Positions 1-9,677 are shown, numbered from the stretch's first letter. The stretch: 60,676 nucleotides of DNA from an uncultured virus (IMG/VR IMGVR_UViG_3300020056_000011) (IMGVR_UViG_3300020056_000011); one strand, 5' to 3'. Numbers and translations: made by a program. The notes: generated by a model not told the origin, from the sequence alone.

Positions 1-495
1 ATTTTTCTCTACGAGATATCTTTTTTGCATAGGACTATATTGAGAAACATTGGGATATTTTTGCAGTTGTTTGAAGTCTTTATCACTAGACATAATCAAG
101 ATTTTCTCATAAGGAGCAAAAGCCTGAGTCAAGGTTGCAATAATATCATCCGCTTCAACACGGTCATGTTCAATGATTTTGTAAGGAAAGACTTCCTTGA
201 GGTCTGTCTTTACTTCATTCATTGTGTTGAAGATAAGACTCCAATCAATACCAGAATCTTCTCTCTCTTTTTTGCGAGAGAATTTATAGTATGGATAAAT
301 GTCCTTTCTCCAATAATTTTTGTTATCACAACAGATTACGATATTTCCATACTCTGCTGAAAACTTTTTCTTAATTCTTAGAATACTATTCAGTATCATG
401 TGTCGAATCAAGCCATCATCAATATCTTCAGTATTGGGGCCTACCTGAGTCATGAGATTAGAAATGATAACTTGACTTAGATCTATCAAAATCAT
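1..495 (-). CDS. rnh: RNase H / 5'-3' exonuclease (T4 rnh-like), 3' part runs off the window
   Basis: Manual translation from ATG at 495: MILIDLSQVIISNL...NYWRKDIYPYYKFSRKK...VEADDIIATL...ILIMSSDKDFKQLQKY. These are FEN/T4 RNase H motifs (EADD, SSDKDF). Not in the ORF track. Confidence 0.92.
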   Translation of the reverse strand, partial: MILIDLSQVIISNLMTQVGPNTEDIDDGLIRHMILNSILRIKKKFSAEYGNIVICCDNKNYWRKDIYPYYKFSRKKEREDSGIDWSLIFNTMNEVKTDLKEVFPYKIIEHDRVEADDIIATLTQAFAPYEKILIMSSDKDFKQLQKYPNVSQYSPMQKRYLVEKN

Positions 496-554
496 AATTT
501 TGTCTCTATTTTGTTTTACATACTATTACTTATAACATATTTCATTCTAGTCTG

Positions 555-1115
555 TCAAGGAGTTTTTTGAAACCATTCTGGAATGTTCCGTTTACTCCAT
601 ACCATATTGAACCTTTCTTGCTTTGTTTGGTAAAATAACTGATAAGACTTTACAGGATCATCTGGAAATTGACATTGAGGAGAATCTTTCATTGCAAGTT
701 TGAATGGAGTGAGTCCATCTTCTGCAATGTTTATTGGAGGTGTGATCAAAACCTCTCGCAATAATTCATCGGTAGAATGTATTTTTCCATATCTGTATGT
801 GTATTCGTCACATAGAGCCACCCAATGGTTGTAATGCCAGATATAATTTGCAAGAGACTCGGTGGTCCACTCTGTGCAGGGATGAGTGAAGTGTACAGCC
901 TTGTAAAGAGTTTTCTCTAGGTTTGGGTTAGGATGAACCCAATAGTCGACCATGCGTTTTCCTGAGATAGATGGTCGTTTCTCATATTTACCATCCAACA
1001 TTCTATGCGCCGTAGAAAGCATTTGTGCCGATTCGACAATCATCTTTACTACATGTTTGTCGCATTGAAGTTGTGCGGCTACAGTTGGATTTTCATCTAG
1101 TACAAAAATGTTCAT
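555..1115 (-). CDS. Pyrimidine-dimer DNA glycosylase (DenV/endonuclease V-like family)
   Basis: MNIFVLDENP..AAQLQCDKHVVKMIVESAQMLSTAH and HPCTEW motifs typical of this phage family. Start at MNIF (1115) preferred. Confidence 0.75.
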   Translation of the reverse strand: MNIFVLDENPTVAAQLQCDKHVVKMIVESAQMLSTAHRMLDGKYEKRPSISGKRMVDYWVHPNPNLEKTLYKAVHFTHPCTEWTTESLANYIWHYNHWVALCDEYTYRYGKIHSTDELLREVLITPPINIAEDGLTPFKLAMKDSPQCQFPDDPVKSYQLFYQTKQERFNMVWSKRNIPEWFQKTP

Positions 1116-1143
1116 TGAATTTACCATTTGTTAATACACATAT

Positions 1144-1172
1144 AATATAACAACTATGTGTTTATAAGTCAA
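1144..1172 (-). promoter_or_regulatory. Host sigma70-type (early) promoter upstream of the DenV-like gene
   Basis: Minus strand TTGACT-N17-TATATT. Confidence 0.55.
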
Positions 1173-1722
1173 GGGCTAATTTACAAATATAATAAGAATC
1201 TACAATATCTGAAACAGGGTTTCCTATTTTTTCTGATTTTATTTCTAAACTTTCGTTCAAATTTACATTAGTTTCTTCTAAAAATGATTCGTACATCATT
1301 TCTTTATTAGCATTACCTTTACCAGTGGCAAACTTCTTTATCACTGTCGGAGGCACTACATGATATTCTAGTTCTGAATTCCACAGTTTCCACTTCAAAA
1401 TTCCAGTGTTTTCGGCAATATGAAACACTTTTCCTTTCGATCCGTAACTATAGTCCTCTAAGACTATTTCTTCGATATTATGATGTATGAAAATGTCTAA
1501 GGCCCAGTCTGAGATAAAATCATATCTTTCCTCTGCTGTCTGCCAATTTTGAATTTGTTGCGAACCTTCAATATTTTTATATTGAAAATCTTCGTATTTT
1601 TTTGTATTTGAAAGAAAGAAGATTAAGCATTTTTCAAAACTAAAATCTTCTTTCTCTCCTGTATATATGCACACTGATGGGCAAGTTAAGCTGTAATCAA
1701 TACCACCTATTCTTCTAACCAC
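1162..1722 (-). CDS. RuvC-like (RNase H fold) nuclease / Holliday junction resolvase
   Basis: IGGIDYSLTCP, VLEDYSYGS, VPPTVIKKFATGKGNANKEMM and DIVDSYYI reproduce the RuvC D-E-D pattern. Confidence 0.75.
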   Translation of the reverse strand: MVRRIGGIDYSLTCPSVCIYTGEKEDFSFEKCLIFFLSNTKKYEDFQYKNIEGSQQIQNWQTAEERYDFISDWALDIFIHHNIEEIVLEDYSYGSKGKVFHIAENTGILKWKLWNSELEYHVVPPTVIKKFATGKGNANKEMMYESFLEETNVNLNESLEIKSEKIGNPVSDIVDSYYICKLALDL

Positions 1723-1871
1723 TCTTCATCCTCTTCCATGTCGAACTCTTTGATTATATTTATACAATCTTCAAGAGCCTCTCCACAGATGGGACAAAAC
1801 CTTACAACTTCTTCATTATGAGTTTCTACGGAAAATTCCGCTGCACATTCTGTACATCCAATATGCTCCAT
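1707..1871 (-). CDS. Small zinc-ribbon protein with acidic tail (54 aa)
   Basis: Manual translation MEHIGCTECAAEFSVETHNEEVVRFCPICGEALEDCINIIKEFDMEEDEEWLEE; two CxxC pairs; GGGAG RBS upstream. Confidence 0.7.
   Translation of the reverse strand: MEHIGCTECAAEFSVETHNEEVVRFCPICGEALEDCINIIKEFDMEEDEEWLEE
1757..1764 (-). promoter_or_regulatory. T4-type late promoter (TATAAATA) upstream of the RuvC-like gene
   Basis: Exact TATAAATA about 35 nt upstream of the 1722 start. Confidence 0.55.
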
Positions 1872-1919
1872 TTACTACTCCCTTTTGAAATATTTTATTA
1901 TTTAGAATTATGTATTTTT

Positions 1920-4145
1920 TCAAAAGGTTATTTCACAGGCACCACCTTGACACGCAATCGCGCCCATAGTATCAATGTCTGTGAATTTTTTAGTTTCGAG
2001 TTGCGTATTAAAATCTATATGTGTCAAATTCTGTTGAATTTTTGTCCATTTATGCAACAAGAAAACATCCTTCAAACAATATTCTGCATCTTTCATATCA
2101 CCATAAAAGTAATTATCGGCAAATTTCTTAAACCTACGAATCCATTCAGCTCGAAGATCAGAAATCTCTCCTTGGTGTTCAATTGGCATTTGTGCAATTG
2201 AACATGCTTCCCATAGATTGTTAAACCCTTTTCTAGTATCAACAATCAATCCAGCAGCAAACATTGCACCTCTTCCGTACTTATTCACAATTTCTGTTTC
2301 ATCTAATACTTCTGTCATTGGAGCTTGATGAAAATCCTTATCTCCCATGCCAGATAAGAAAGAAACTCCAGCAAAGTAGTCTTTATTTTCATAAAGAAAA
2401 TCTTCTACCTCATTCCACATATGCGATGCAACAGTTACTGTATTAGAAACATTATGACGAACTGTTGGGTCTGCACACAAATCTACATTAGTTCCCGCTT
2501 CGACCCAATTCTGTTGAACGAGTTGAACTTTTTTCAACAAATCGGTTCCAAATAGATCTTCTTTGTAAAGAGAACCTTTTGGAGAGATGACAGGGAAACC
2601 GATACAGTAATCAGTTCTACTACTTGACCAGACAGACTCTTCGACCATGTATGGATTTGTCTGTGCAATCAGTTGTGCAACTTCAGCGTCTTTATTCATC
2701 TGTACATGACGAATATACTTTGGTGAATGTTCTGCATGAATACCAGAGGCAGTTTGCAGAAGAACAGATGCATTACCAGATGGTTTTACACAAGTAGTAC
2801 GCGCGGCTTGGTTAATTCCAATAAGCGCAGCAACTTCTTTATTAACTCTTTTAACAATTTCTGCTCCTTCTCGTTGAATATCTGCATCTAAAAGAATCTC
2901 TGGATTGTTCATCCATCCTGTGATAGAAACTCCCAACAAGGCTTCTCTCTCAAAAATTCTTTTAGAATCTTCTGATATATATTTGAAATCTGTGTAACCG
3001 GCTTGAAGTGTTCCAAGAATAGAGGCGGCACGACACGCCTTAAAAAATTCTTCTTTGGAAACACACTTGCCACCATTGATTTCTGTCAAATTACAACCCT
3101 GCCATCCAGATATTCCATCAATTTGAGGATACATTCCAATTTCTACACATGGGTTTGTGGTATGTTCTTTATTGTCTACAAAATAAAAACCAGGCTCACC
3201 AAATTCTTTAATTGGTTGCATCAATTCTTTAAACTGTTCTTTCGTAACTTCACTTCTCACTAAAACTGCTGAATTGTTGCTACGTCCTCTTTGTGGATTT
3301 TCGACAAACCAATTTCCAGTTTTAGCCTTGGTCATCTCTTCATCATCATGCGAAAACAATGCAATGGTCGCAGAACGTCTAACTCCACCGGCCAGAACCG
3401 CGTCGGCAGCGTGCATTGAAATATCATATACATGAATTGGCCTGAGAGTAGTTTCGCCGCTGAGAATTAAAGATTGCACAAGATGTTCAATCTTATCTAA
3501 TGCTTTCCTGAGTGGTTCTGGGCCTGGCGCCTTAAATCCACCAGAAATCTCTGCACCTTGAGGTCTAATCTCTGACAAGTCAAAATATACTCTACGCCCT
3601 TCGAAATCTGGAAAAGTTCCACCACCTACAAAATAAGAGGACATTAGCACCCCTAGAGCATCTGCCCAGCCTTCTATAGAATCTTCTACTTTCCAACCTT
3701 TCGCTTGTTTCTTTCTCTCTGCTATAGCAGGTAGTTTTGCGACATGATGTTTCTGTACAGAAAATCCTGCTCCAGCACCACAAAGAAGAATGTAAAACAA
3801 CTCTTGGAAATACGCAGCACGATCTGCATAAGAAGAAGTGCAGTTATACATACGCATTTGATGTTTCAGAAGTTGTTCACCACCAAACTGAAGCGCTCTT
3901 TGTGCGCCTAATGTGTATTGTAATTTATAAAGAGATTCTGCTTCATCAATTAATAGATTAAGTTCTGGAGAAATTTTGTCACTGTAATATGCTCTGTGCA
4001 TATCCATTACACGTTTTACAGATTCATCCCAAGATTCATATCTTCCTTCATCTTCCATCCATCTAGAATATGACTCATAAAATTTTGCCTGAGACATAAT
4101 TTTTCTTGCATCCAAATCTTTTTGTGTATTGACTAATTTCAACAT
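1920..4145 (-). CDS. nrdJ: Class II (adenosylcobalamin-dependent) ribonucleotide reductase, monomeric RTPR type
   Basis: NPCVEI thiyl-radical motif, CNLTEIN, TTCVKPSGNAS, VLAGGVRRSA, C-terminal ACQGGACE redox pair; no nrdB alongside. Confidence 0.88.
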   Translation of the reverse strand: MLKLVNTQKDLDARKIMSQAKFYESYSRWMEDEGRYESWDESVKRVMDMHRAYYSDKISPELNLLIDEAESLYKLQYTLGAQRALQFGGEQLLKHQMRMYNCTSSYADRAAYFQELFYILLCGAGAGFSVQKHHVAKLPAIAERKKQAKGWKVEDSIEGWADALGVLMSSYFVGGGTFPDFEGRRVYFDLSEIRPQGAEISGGFKAPGPEPLRKALDKIEHLVQSLILSGETTLRPIHVYDISMHAADAVLAGGVRRSATIALFSHDDEEMTKAKTGNWFVENPQRGRSNNSAVLVRSEVTKEQFKELMQPIKEFGEPGFYFVDNKEHTTNPCVEIGMYPQIDGISGWQGCNLTEINGGKCVSKEEFFKACRAASILGTLQAGYTDFKYISEDSKRIFEREALLGVSITGWMNNPEILLDADIQREGAEIVKRVNKEVAALIGINQAARTTCVKPSGNASVLLQTASGIHAEHSPKYIRHVQMNKDAEVAQLIAQTNPYMVEESVWSSSRTDYCIGFPVISPKGSLYKEDLFGTDLLKKVQLVQQNWVEAGTNVDLCADPTVRHNVSNTVTVASHMWNEVEDFLYENKDYFAGVSFLSGMGDKDFHQAPMTEVLDETEIVNKYGRGAMFAAGLIVDTRKGFNNLWEACSIAQMPIEHQGEISDLRAEWIRRFKKFADNYFYGDMKDAEYCLKDVFLLHKWTKIQQNLTHIDFNTQLETKKFTDIDTMGAIACQGGACEITF

Positions 4146-4180
4146 AGCTTATCCTCTTTTTTGATATTTTTTGGTGGTAA

Positions 4181-5206
4181 TTAACATTTTTTCCAAGCAG
4201 AAAAAGTGAGTTTTGCTTGTAGGTCTTTGTAGGTGTTTATACTTATAAGTGATTGTAATTCTAAAGTGTCCATTCCAGACAATATTACATCATTAATATC
4301 TTTTTCTTTAATATTTTTTGGCCATATAAAAATAGAAAATCCTGAGTCAATAGTCCGTTCCATTTTCTTCACTATCTCTTTGTTTCTTGGTTCATTATCG
4401 TATATAAAAACAATATCCGAAAATGATTTGAAATATTTTTTATCTACATCACTACCTGCCATAGCAAGACAGTTATCAAGAAAAAGAGAATCAAAAGGGC
4501 CTTCTGTTACATATGTAGTTTTTGCTGGATCAATTCTATCCAATCCATATACTTTTGGGACATCTTTTACCTTAATGGTGATATATCGCATAGGATTTTT
4601 AGGGTCCATACTCCTTCCTTGTAAGGCAATCAGTTCACATTTCTCATTAAAGAATGGAATGACTATTCTTTTTTCATTTTTAGGAATATTATATCCTTTT
4701 GCCACCTTATCTACTACAAATTTGAAATCTGGTGTATGATACAATACATCTAGTTTTGGAAGTTTTCTTTTCTCACAATACATTCTAGATGGGTGTGTTG
4801 GATGCAAATCGGATATTTTCTCTCCATATTCAAAAACACATTTCGTAGAAAATTTAGGCTTGAAGTCAAAATCATACTTAACATCTTTTTCTGTGTTTTG
4901 AAGATTTTGAGTAGGGCCAGATTTGTTTTGTCCTTCTTTCCACTTTTCCATTACATATTCTTCATATAAAGAATGATTTTGTTCTTTTATGAAATTAGCA
5001 AAAGACATACTTGCGCCACAATTATGACACATATATCTAAAACTATTCTTTTTTTCGTAAATAAACCCACGCATCTTGTAGGTTTTTTTCTGAGAATCGC
5101 CACAGATAGGACAACGGAAGTTGTACAGATTATTTTTCTTCTGTACGAAACCTTCTAATTGTGGGGATAATCTCTGAATGTATGCTCGATCAATATATAT
5201 CATCAC
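4181..5206 (-). CDS. gp61: DNA primase (T4 gp61-like)
   Basis: NFRCPICGDS..CHNCG zinc finger; TOPRIM VTEGPFDSLF, YDNEPRN, KDIND. Confidence 0.95.
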   Translation of the reverse strand: MMIYIDRAYIQRLSPQLEGFVQKKNNLYNFRCPICGDSQKKTYKMRGFIYEKKNSFRYMCHNCGASMSFANFIKEQNHSLYEEYVMEKWKEGQNKSGPTQNLQNTEKDVKYDFDFKPKFSTKCVFEYGEKISDLHPTHPSRMYCEKRKLPKLDVLYHTPDFKFVVDKVAKGYNIPKNEKRIVIPFFNEKCELIALQGRSMDPKNPMRYITIKVKDVPKVYGLDRIDPAKTTYVTEGPFDSLFLDNCLAMAGSDVDKKYFKSFSDIVFIYDNEPRNKEIVKKMERTIDSGFSIFIWPKNIKEKDINDVILSGMDTLELQSLISINTYKDLQAKLTFSAWKKC

Positions 5207-5228
5207 AACTCCACATGTAAGTAAAGTT

Positions 5229-5258
5229 CATATTATACTATTTTTTAGGGGTTGTCAA
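5229..5258 (-). promoter_or_regulatory. Sigma70-type promoter upstream of primase
   Basis: TTGACA followed by TATAAT (15 nt) or TAATAT (17 nt) on the minus strand. Confidence 0.5.
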
Positions 5259-5266
5259 TAATTATT

Positions 5267-5548
5267 CTATTGCCAGAGATAAAAATGTGCTGCGACAGAT
5301 GATACAGCTGCAGCAAAAACTATCCAAAATGCCTTCAAAAATATAGCAGTTGTTCTTGCGTTTTCTCGCGCCATCCGATCTAATTCATCCATTTTTATAG
5401 AAAGTTTGTTTATTCTTTCATACATTTTTTCATGGTCGGTTCGTAAAGCAGTCATTTTTTCTTCGGCCCGAGCCATAGATATCATTGCATCTGCAAGTTG
5501 ATCAATCTTGCTTTCTATTCTTTCTAATCTAGAATCATAATCGGTCAT
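5267..5548 (-). CDS. Coiled-coil protein with C-terminal transmembrane helix (XhlA/holin-like candidate)
   Basis: Heptad N-terminus then hydrophobic AIFLKAFWIVFAAAVSSVAAHFYLW; directly follows the spanin pair. Confidence 0.5.
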   Translation of the reverse strand: MTDYDSRLERIESKIDQLADAMISMARAEEKMTALRTDHEKMYERINKLSIKMDELDRMARENARTTAIFLKAFWIVFAAAVSSVAAHFYLWQ

Positions 5549-5571
5549 TAGTTTGCGCCTTATTATTTTTA

Positions 5572-5922
5572 TTATTGTTCATAATATTTTTTATATTCTA
5601 AAATTATAATTTTCTGTTCACCCATATATCTTTTCATATCATTTACTACAATAGATAAATTCTTATAAGAATCTTCATCTAATGCAAACAGCGCAATACT
5701 CTTACCGCCGGATTTCAATTTATCAACAGTTTCCTGATAGTTATCAGGAGTAACCACAACAAATTCAAAATTTTGCCATGTCACTGGTTTTGGCATTTCA
5801 AGATCAAGAGGAACTTTGTTTACTAGAACTTCTTCAGTAACAATCTTTTCCTGTGTACTACTACATCCTGTGATACTCAAGCCAATAAATAATATAAGAG
5901 TCAATTGTATATATTTATTCAT
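5572..5922 (-). CDS. Outer-membrane spanin (o-spanin, Rz1-like lipoprotein)
   Basis: Signal peptide with lipobox LSITG-C; Pro-containing periplasmic part; overlaps the end of the i-spanin candidate. Confidence 0.7.
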   Translation of the reverse strand: MNKYIQLTLILFIGLSITGCSSTQEKIVTEEVLVNKVPLDLEMPKPVTWQNFEFVVVTPDNYQETVDKLKSGGKSIALFALDEDSYKNLSIVVNDMKRYMGEQKIIILEYKKYYEQ

Positions 5923-6311
5923 TTTTCTGTTTCCATAATATCTTCTAAATCACTTTTCAAAGTATTTTGTATATCATTATTTATTATTTTTTCTACAAGG
6001 CCAGGTTTGTTTTCTGCCAAGAACCCCAAATCGTGTTCTGAAAGTTTTCTCCTAAGTTCATCGACTTGTCCGTTCAAGACTTTACTTTCTGTAGAAATTC
6101 GATTATTGATTTCTTTTACTTCTTTAATATCTGCATTCAATCTTGCAATTTCTGAATCTTTTGACTCCATAGCACCACTCAAGATAACTTGGTTTGCCTC
6201 TAGAGTTTTTACCTGAGTTTGTAGTTTTTGTACATACCAATAGCCCCCGCCGGCTACTGTGAGAGCGACAACTACTACCGCTATTTTTGCTGTACTGAAA
6301 ATACCAAACAT
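5919..6311 (-). CDS. Inner-membrane spanin (i-spanin, Rz-like)
   Basis: N-terminal TM helix (IAVVVVALTVAGGGYWYV) then a long coiled coil ending KPGLVEKIIN. Confidence 0.7.
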   Translation of the reverse strand: MFGIFSTAKIAVVVVALTVAGGGYWYVQKLQTQVKTLEANQVILSGAMESKDSEIARLNADIKEVKEINNRISTESKVLNGQVDELRRKLSEHDLGFLAENKPGLVEKIINNDIQNTLKSDLEDIMETEK

Positions 6312-6973
6312 TACAAATCTCTGTGTAAGATAATCATAGAACCGTTTTGTGAATCCTGCAACACAACTCTTTTAGTTGGGTTGTTCTTTATATATTTTCT
6401 TATATGTAAAGCATCTTCTCTGCGAATAAAATTATCCCAACGAGAATACTTTTTCTTACCTTTCATAAATTTATCAAAACTATCTGGATCGACTTTGAAA
6501 ATTTGCATACCAGAAAATTTATATGGATTGTTTATAAAGTTTCCTAACTTCGAACCATCACCAACCGAATTAGCTATTCCTCCCGACCCCATCTCTTCGA
6601 TAAGAATACCACTTTCATATAATTCTTCCTCTTGTTTATTGATATAATCTATAAGAAGATTTTCAAGAAGATTTAAATCTTCTTCTTTTAGATTTTCATT
6701 ATTTTCTCTAAGAAGTGCCATAGCAGCTGCGTAAGATGCAATTCTAGATTTTCCGCCTGGAAACTTTGAAAGAATTCTTTTTAAATTGAAAATGATTTTA
6801 TGAAAAATGGTGAAAGATTTTTTTTCTGCATCCGTTTTTAAATCACCAGATTTTTTAAGTTGTTTTCCAGATGCATCAACCACGCCGTTTTTATATGCTT
6901 CAGTTTCTTCCCACGGCGTAGTGAGAATTTTTATAAATTGATATGCTAGATATGCATTAAATACTGAGGCCAT
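6311..6973 (-). CDS. Conserved hypothetical protein of T4-like phages
   Basis: AYQFIKILTTPWEETEAYKNGVVDASGK motif familiar from marine T4-likes; translationally coupled to neighbours. Confidence 0.7.
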   Translation of the reverse strand: MASVFNAYLAYQFIKILTTPWEETEAYKNGVVDASGKQLKKSGDLKTDAEKKSFTIFHKIIFNLKRILSKFPGGKSRIASYAAAMALLRENNENLKEEDLNLLENLLIDYINKQEEELYESGILIEEMGSGGIANSVGDGSKLGNFINNPYKFSGMQIFKVDPDSFDKFMKGKKKYSRWDNFIRREDALHIRKYIKNNPTKRVVLQDSQNGSMIILHRDL

Positions 6974-6974
6974 C

Positions 6975-7370
6975 TTAAATTTTTCCTAATGTTTCTAATA
7001 TATATTTATCAAGAACAATTTCTTCTAAATTTATAGTTCTACCCTCAATTCCTTTTACTTCTTTTGGAAGTTTGTGTAAAAAGTGCAAAAAACTTGCTAA
7101 GATGTAGTGTTGATTTTTGTCAATTTTCAAAAATAAAATTCTACTACACGGAACATTTCCCAAAACATTAAACAAAATTACCAGATGATTTATTATCAAT
7201 CTCTCTTTTAATAAACCTTTAGTGTGATATTTGTGAAAGAGTCTCTTGACATATTTGATACGTTTCATATCGTCAAGAAACTCTTCCATGCTATGACACT
7301 GAGGATTATCATAAGATTTCATCTGATAATTGAAAACATTGTTTTCATTCAAAATTTCAAAGTGATCCAT
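6975..7370 (-). CDS. Conserved hypothetical protein of T4-like phages
   Basis: YDNPQCHSMEEFLDDMKRIKYVKRL..LKERLIINHLVILFNV motif. Confidence 0.75.
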   Translation of the reverse strand: MDHFEILNENNVFNYQMKSYDNPQCHSMEEFLDDMKRIKYVKRLFHKYHTKGLLKERLIINHLVILFNVLGNVPCSRILFLKIDKNQHYILASFLHFLHKLPKEVKGIEGRTINLEEIVLDKYILETLGKI

Positions 7371-7390
7371 TATTATTGTTCTTTATAATA

Positions 7391-7708
7391 TTATATTACG
7401 TCTTTGATTTCAGCAACTAAATCCTTTTTAGTTTTTCTCTTGTCCAACTCAATTCCATGTTCTCTACCCAACTCTTCCAATTCGTCCTTTGTCATACTTG
7501 AAAGATCTACACCTTCATCTTTCGGTGCTGATGTTGGTTTTGGTTTTGGTTTTGGTGCTGGTTTTGCAGGCGCAAGTGCATCAATTTTGTCTTTCAAATT
7601 TGAGTGCTTTTTATACATCTCTCCAGTTTTTTCGTTGACCCAACCGCGATTAGTTGCAACTGCATTCTTCATCCAGTTTTTTGGCCTTGCCCAACTTGGT
7701 AAATCCAT
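7391..7708 (-). CDS. Hypothetical protein with PK-rich linker and C-terminal Rho-N/HeH-like helical domain
   Basis: Start MDLPSW at 7708 avoids overlap; PAKPAPKPKPKP linker; DLSSMTKDELEELGREHGIELDKRKTKKDLV. Confidence 0.6.
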   Translation of the reverse strand: MDLPSWARPKNWMKNAVATNRGWVNEKTGEMYKKHSNLKDKIDALAPAKPAPKPKPKPTSAPKDEGVDLSSMTKDELEELGREHGIELDKRKTKKDLVAEIKDVI

Positions 7709-7718
7709 TTTTTTCTCC

Positions 7719-9677
7719 TTATTTAACGTAGCTAGCAATCTTTTTAGCGCGAGAGGAATTTCCATATTTCTCCATCGCCATTTTTTCAACTTCTTTTTGA
7801 ACCTGTTTTTTATTATATTTAGGGTTCATTGCAAGAACAATTTCTTTCATTTCCTCTGCATCTTTTTTATCAGAACTTTCAATCAATTCTTTAATTTTTA
7901 GTTCTTCTTTGAGTTTTGGATCAAATGATTCATCTTTTCCATCAATTATTTTATTGACTTCGCTTGGAGACATGTTAAAATTCATCATTAGTTTGCTAAC
8001 AGCAAGAGTAGAAACGAATGGCAAATCTAAATTAACAAGAGCAATCGTTTGTTCCTTGTCCAATTTGTCCAAAGCTTTGGAAAGTTTCATTCCTGACTGT
8101 GCAGAGATTTTCTTTCCTCTCAGGTCTTCAAATTCACTTTTTAATTTTTTGATTTGGGCTGGAGAAAGTTTTTCTTGTAAATCAATCTCTGTTTCAAATT
8201 CTTTTAGTTCAATCTCTTCCATCTTATTAGCAGCTCTATTAAGACCTTTTGCTCTGTTTTGGCCCTTTTTAAGATCAGCAAAAGTTAACTTTCCTTTAGC
8301 ATTTTTATCTCTTAATTTATTAAGTTGAGCACCTGCTTTACCATGATAATTACGTAAAGTATCTTGAGAGACTTCATCGACCTCTTGATCTTCTTTCACA
8401 GGAAATCCAATATCTTGTTTTTTGCTTGTCTTTACAATCTTCAAAGTTTTCTTGTCTTTAATTTTCATTGGTGGAAGTTGAGAAGTGGAAATAATTGATT
8501 TTGCTCCCTTTTCATCAGAAGCCATACCTACGACTTTGTTACCATCAGCAGTATCAACAACTACGAAGGGCTGTTTCATTTCTTTAATCTCATTAATTTT
8601 ACTATCAAAAAATCTTACCCCAAACATTTTCTCAGCAGTTTTCTTACCAAGAACATTCTTAACAATCATGAGGATTTTTTCTCTTGGTTCTGTGTCCAAA
8701 TCATTCACAAATGAAATCAAAGCTTTCAATTGATTATCTTTCATCATTTTTGCTGCTTTCATGAAATCATCATAATCCATACCCTTTTTATCTTTTTTAG
8801 CATATGATTCGAGATCTCTTGCTACCATTTGAATTGATGCTTCATGTAAATGAAATTCTTCCATTTTTGGTTTTTCATGAGTATATCCCATCTTAGACAT
8901 ACGTTCATGATCTTCTGGTTTTTCGGCTTTATAACCTTTACCAGTTTTTGGGTCGTACATCATATGAGGTTCAAATTCCTTTTCCTCTTTATACATATTC
9001 AATTCATATTTCTTATTGTCCATATTGTATACTTGAATTTGAACTGCTTTTTTACCATCTTTATCAAGTAAACGATAAGAATTGGTTTTACCAGATGTTG
9101 GTTTGCGAGGCCCAGTGGCAACTTTATCATCAATTTCTTTTGGATCAATATCAATACCATATTTTTTCTTTGCAAATTCGTATGCATGTTTCATTGCAGA
9201 TGAAAAATCTTTGTGATACAAATCATAACCAGTTGAAGATTTGCCCATTTTTTCTAGAAGTCTTTCTTCCATAGTAGGCTTTTTATATCCAAGTTTGACT
9301 AGTTTTTCTTTGAACTCTTTGCCGCGGCCATCAAAATTCTTCTCGTTTTCTAGGTCATCTTTTTTCTTCTCTGAATAGGAAAGCTTTTGCAATTTTTCTT
9401 TAAATGCTTTAGTTCTTCCATCTAAAGATTCATTTTTTGCACTTCCCATTTTTTGTGAACCCTTGGAAACCTTTTCATCGTCCTTGTTTTGCATAATACC
9501 AACAGCGGCTTCTTTATTAACAGTCTTTGCAATTTTATCAGAAATTGTGACAGGATATTCTTTATCACCAAATTTAAATTTCTTTTTTCCTGCCGCCTTC
9601 GCAGCAGAAGCTGCGCCGATGAAATCTGCTACATCATCGTCTAAAATTTCTTCGGGAATATTTTTCCTATTAGTCAT
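7719..9677 (-). CDS. Large Lys/Glu-rich modular protein, putative capsid-internal polyprotein
   Basis: 652 aa of short modules separated by xxEE/LxE sites; internal repeat DGRxKxFKEKLxKLxY twice. Confidence 0.6.
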   Translation of the reverse strand: MTNRKNIPEEILDDDVADFIGAASAAKAAGKKKFKFGDKEYPVTISDKIAKTVNKEAAVGIMQNKDDEKVSKGSQKMGSAKNESLDGRTKAFKEKLQKLSYSEKKKDDLENEKNFDGRGKEFKEKLVKLGYKKPTMEERLLEKMGKSSTGYDLYHKDFSSAMKHAYEFAKKKYGIDIDPKEIDDKVATGPRKPTSGKTNSYRLLDKDGKKAVQIQVYNMDNKKYELNMYKEEKEFEPHMMYDPKTGKGYKAEKPEDHERMSKMGYTHEKPKMEEFHLHEASIQMVARDLESYAKKDKKGMDYDDFMKAAKMMKDNQLKALISFVNDLDTEPREKILMIVKNVLGKKTAEKMFGVRFFDSKINEIKEMKQPFVVVDTADGNKVVGMASDEKGAKSIISTSQLPPMKIKDKKTLKIVKTSKKQDIGFPVKEDQEVDEVSQDTLRNYHGKAGAQLNKLRDKNAKGKLTFADLKKGQNRAKGLNRAANKMEEIELKEFETEIDLQEKLSPAQIKKLKSEFEDLRGKKISAQSGMKLSKALDKLDKEQTIALVNLDLPFVSTLAVSKLMMNFNMSPSEVNKIIDGKDESFDPKLKEELKIKELIESSDKKDAEEMKEIVLAMNPKYNKKQVQKEVEKMAMEKYGNSSRAKKIASYVK

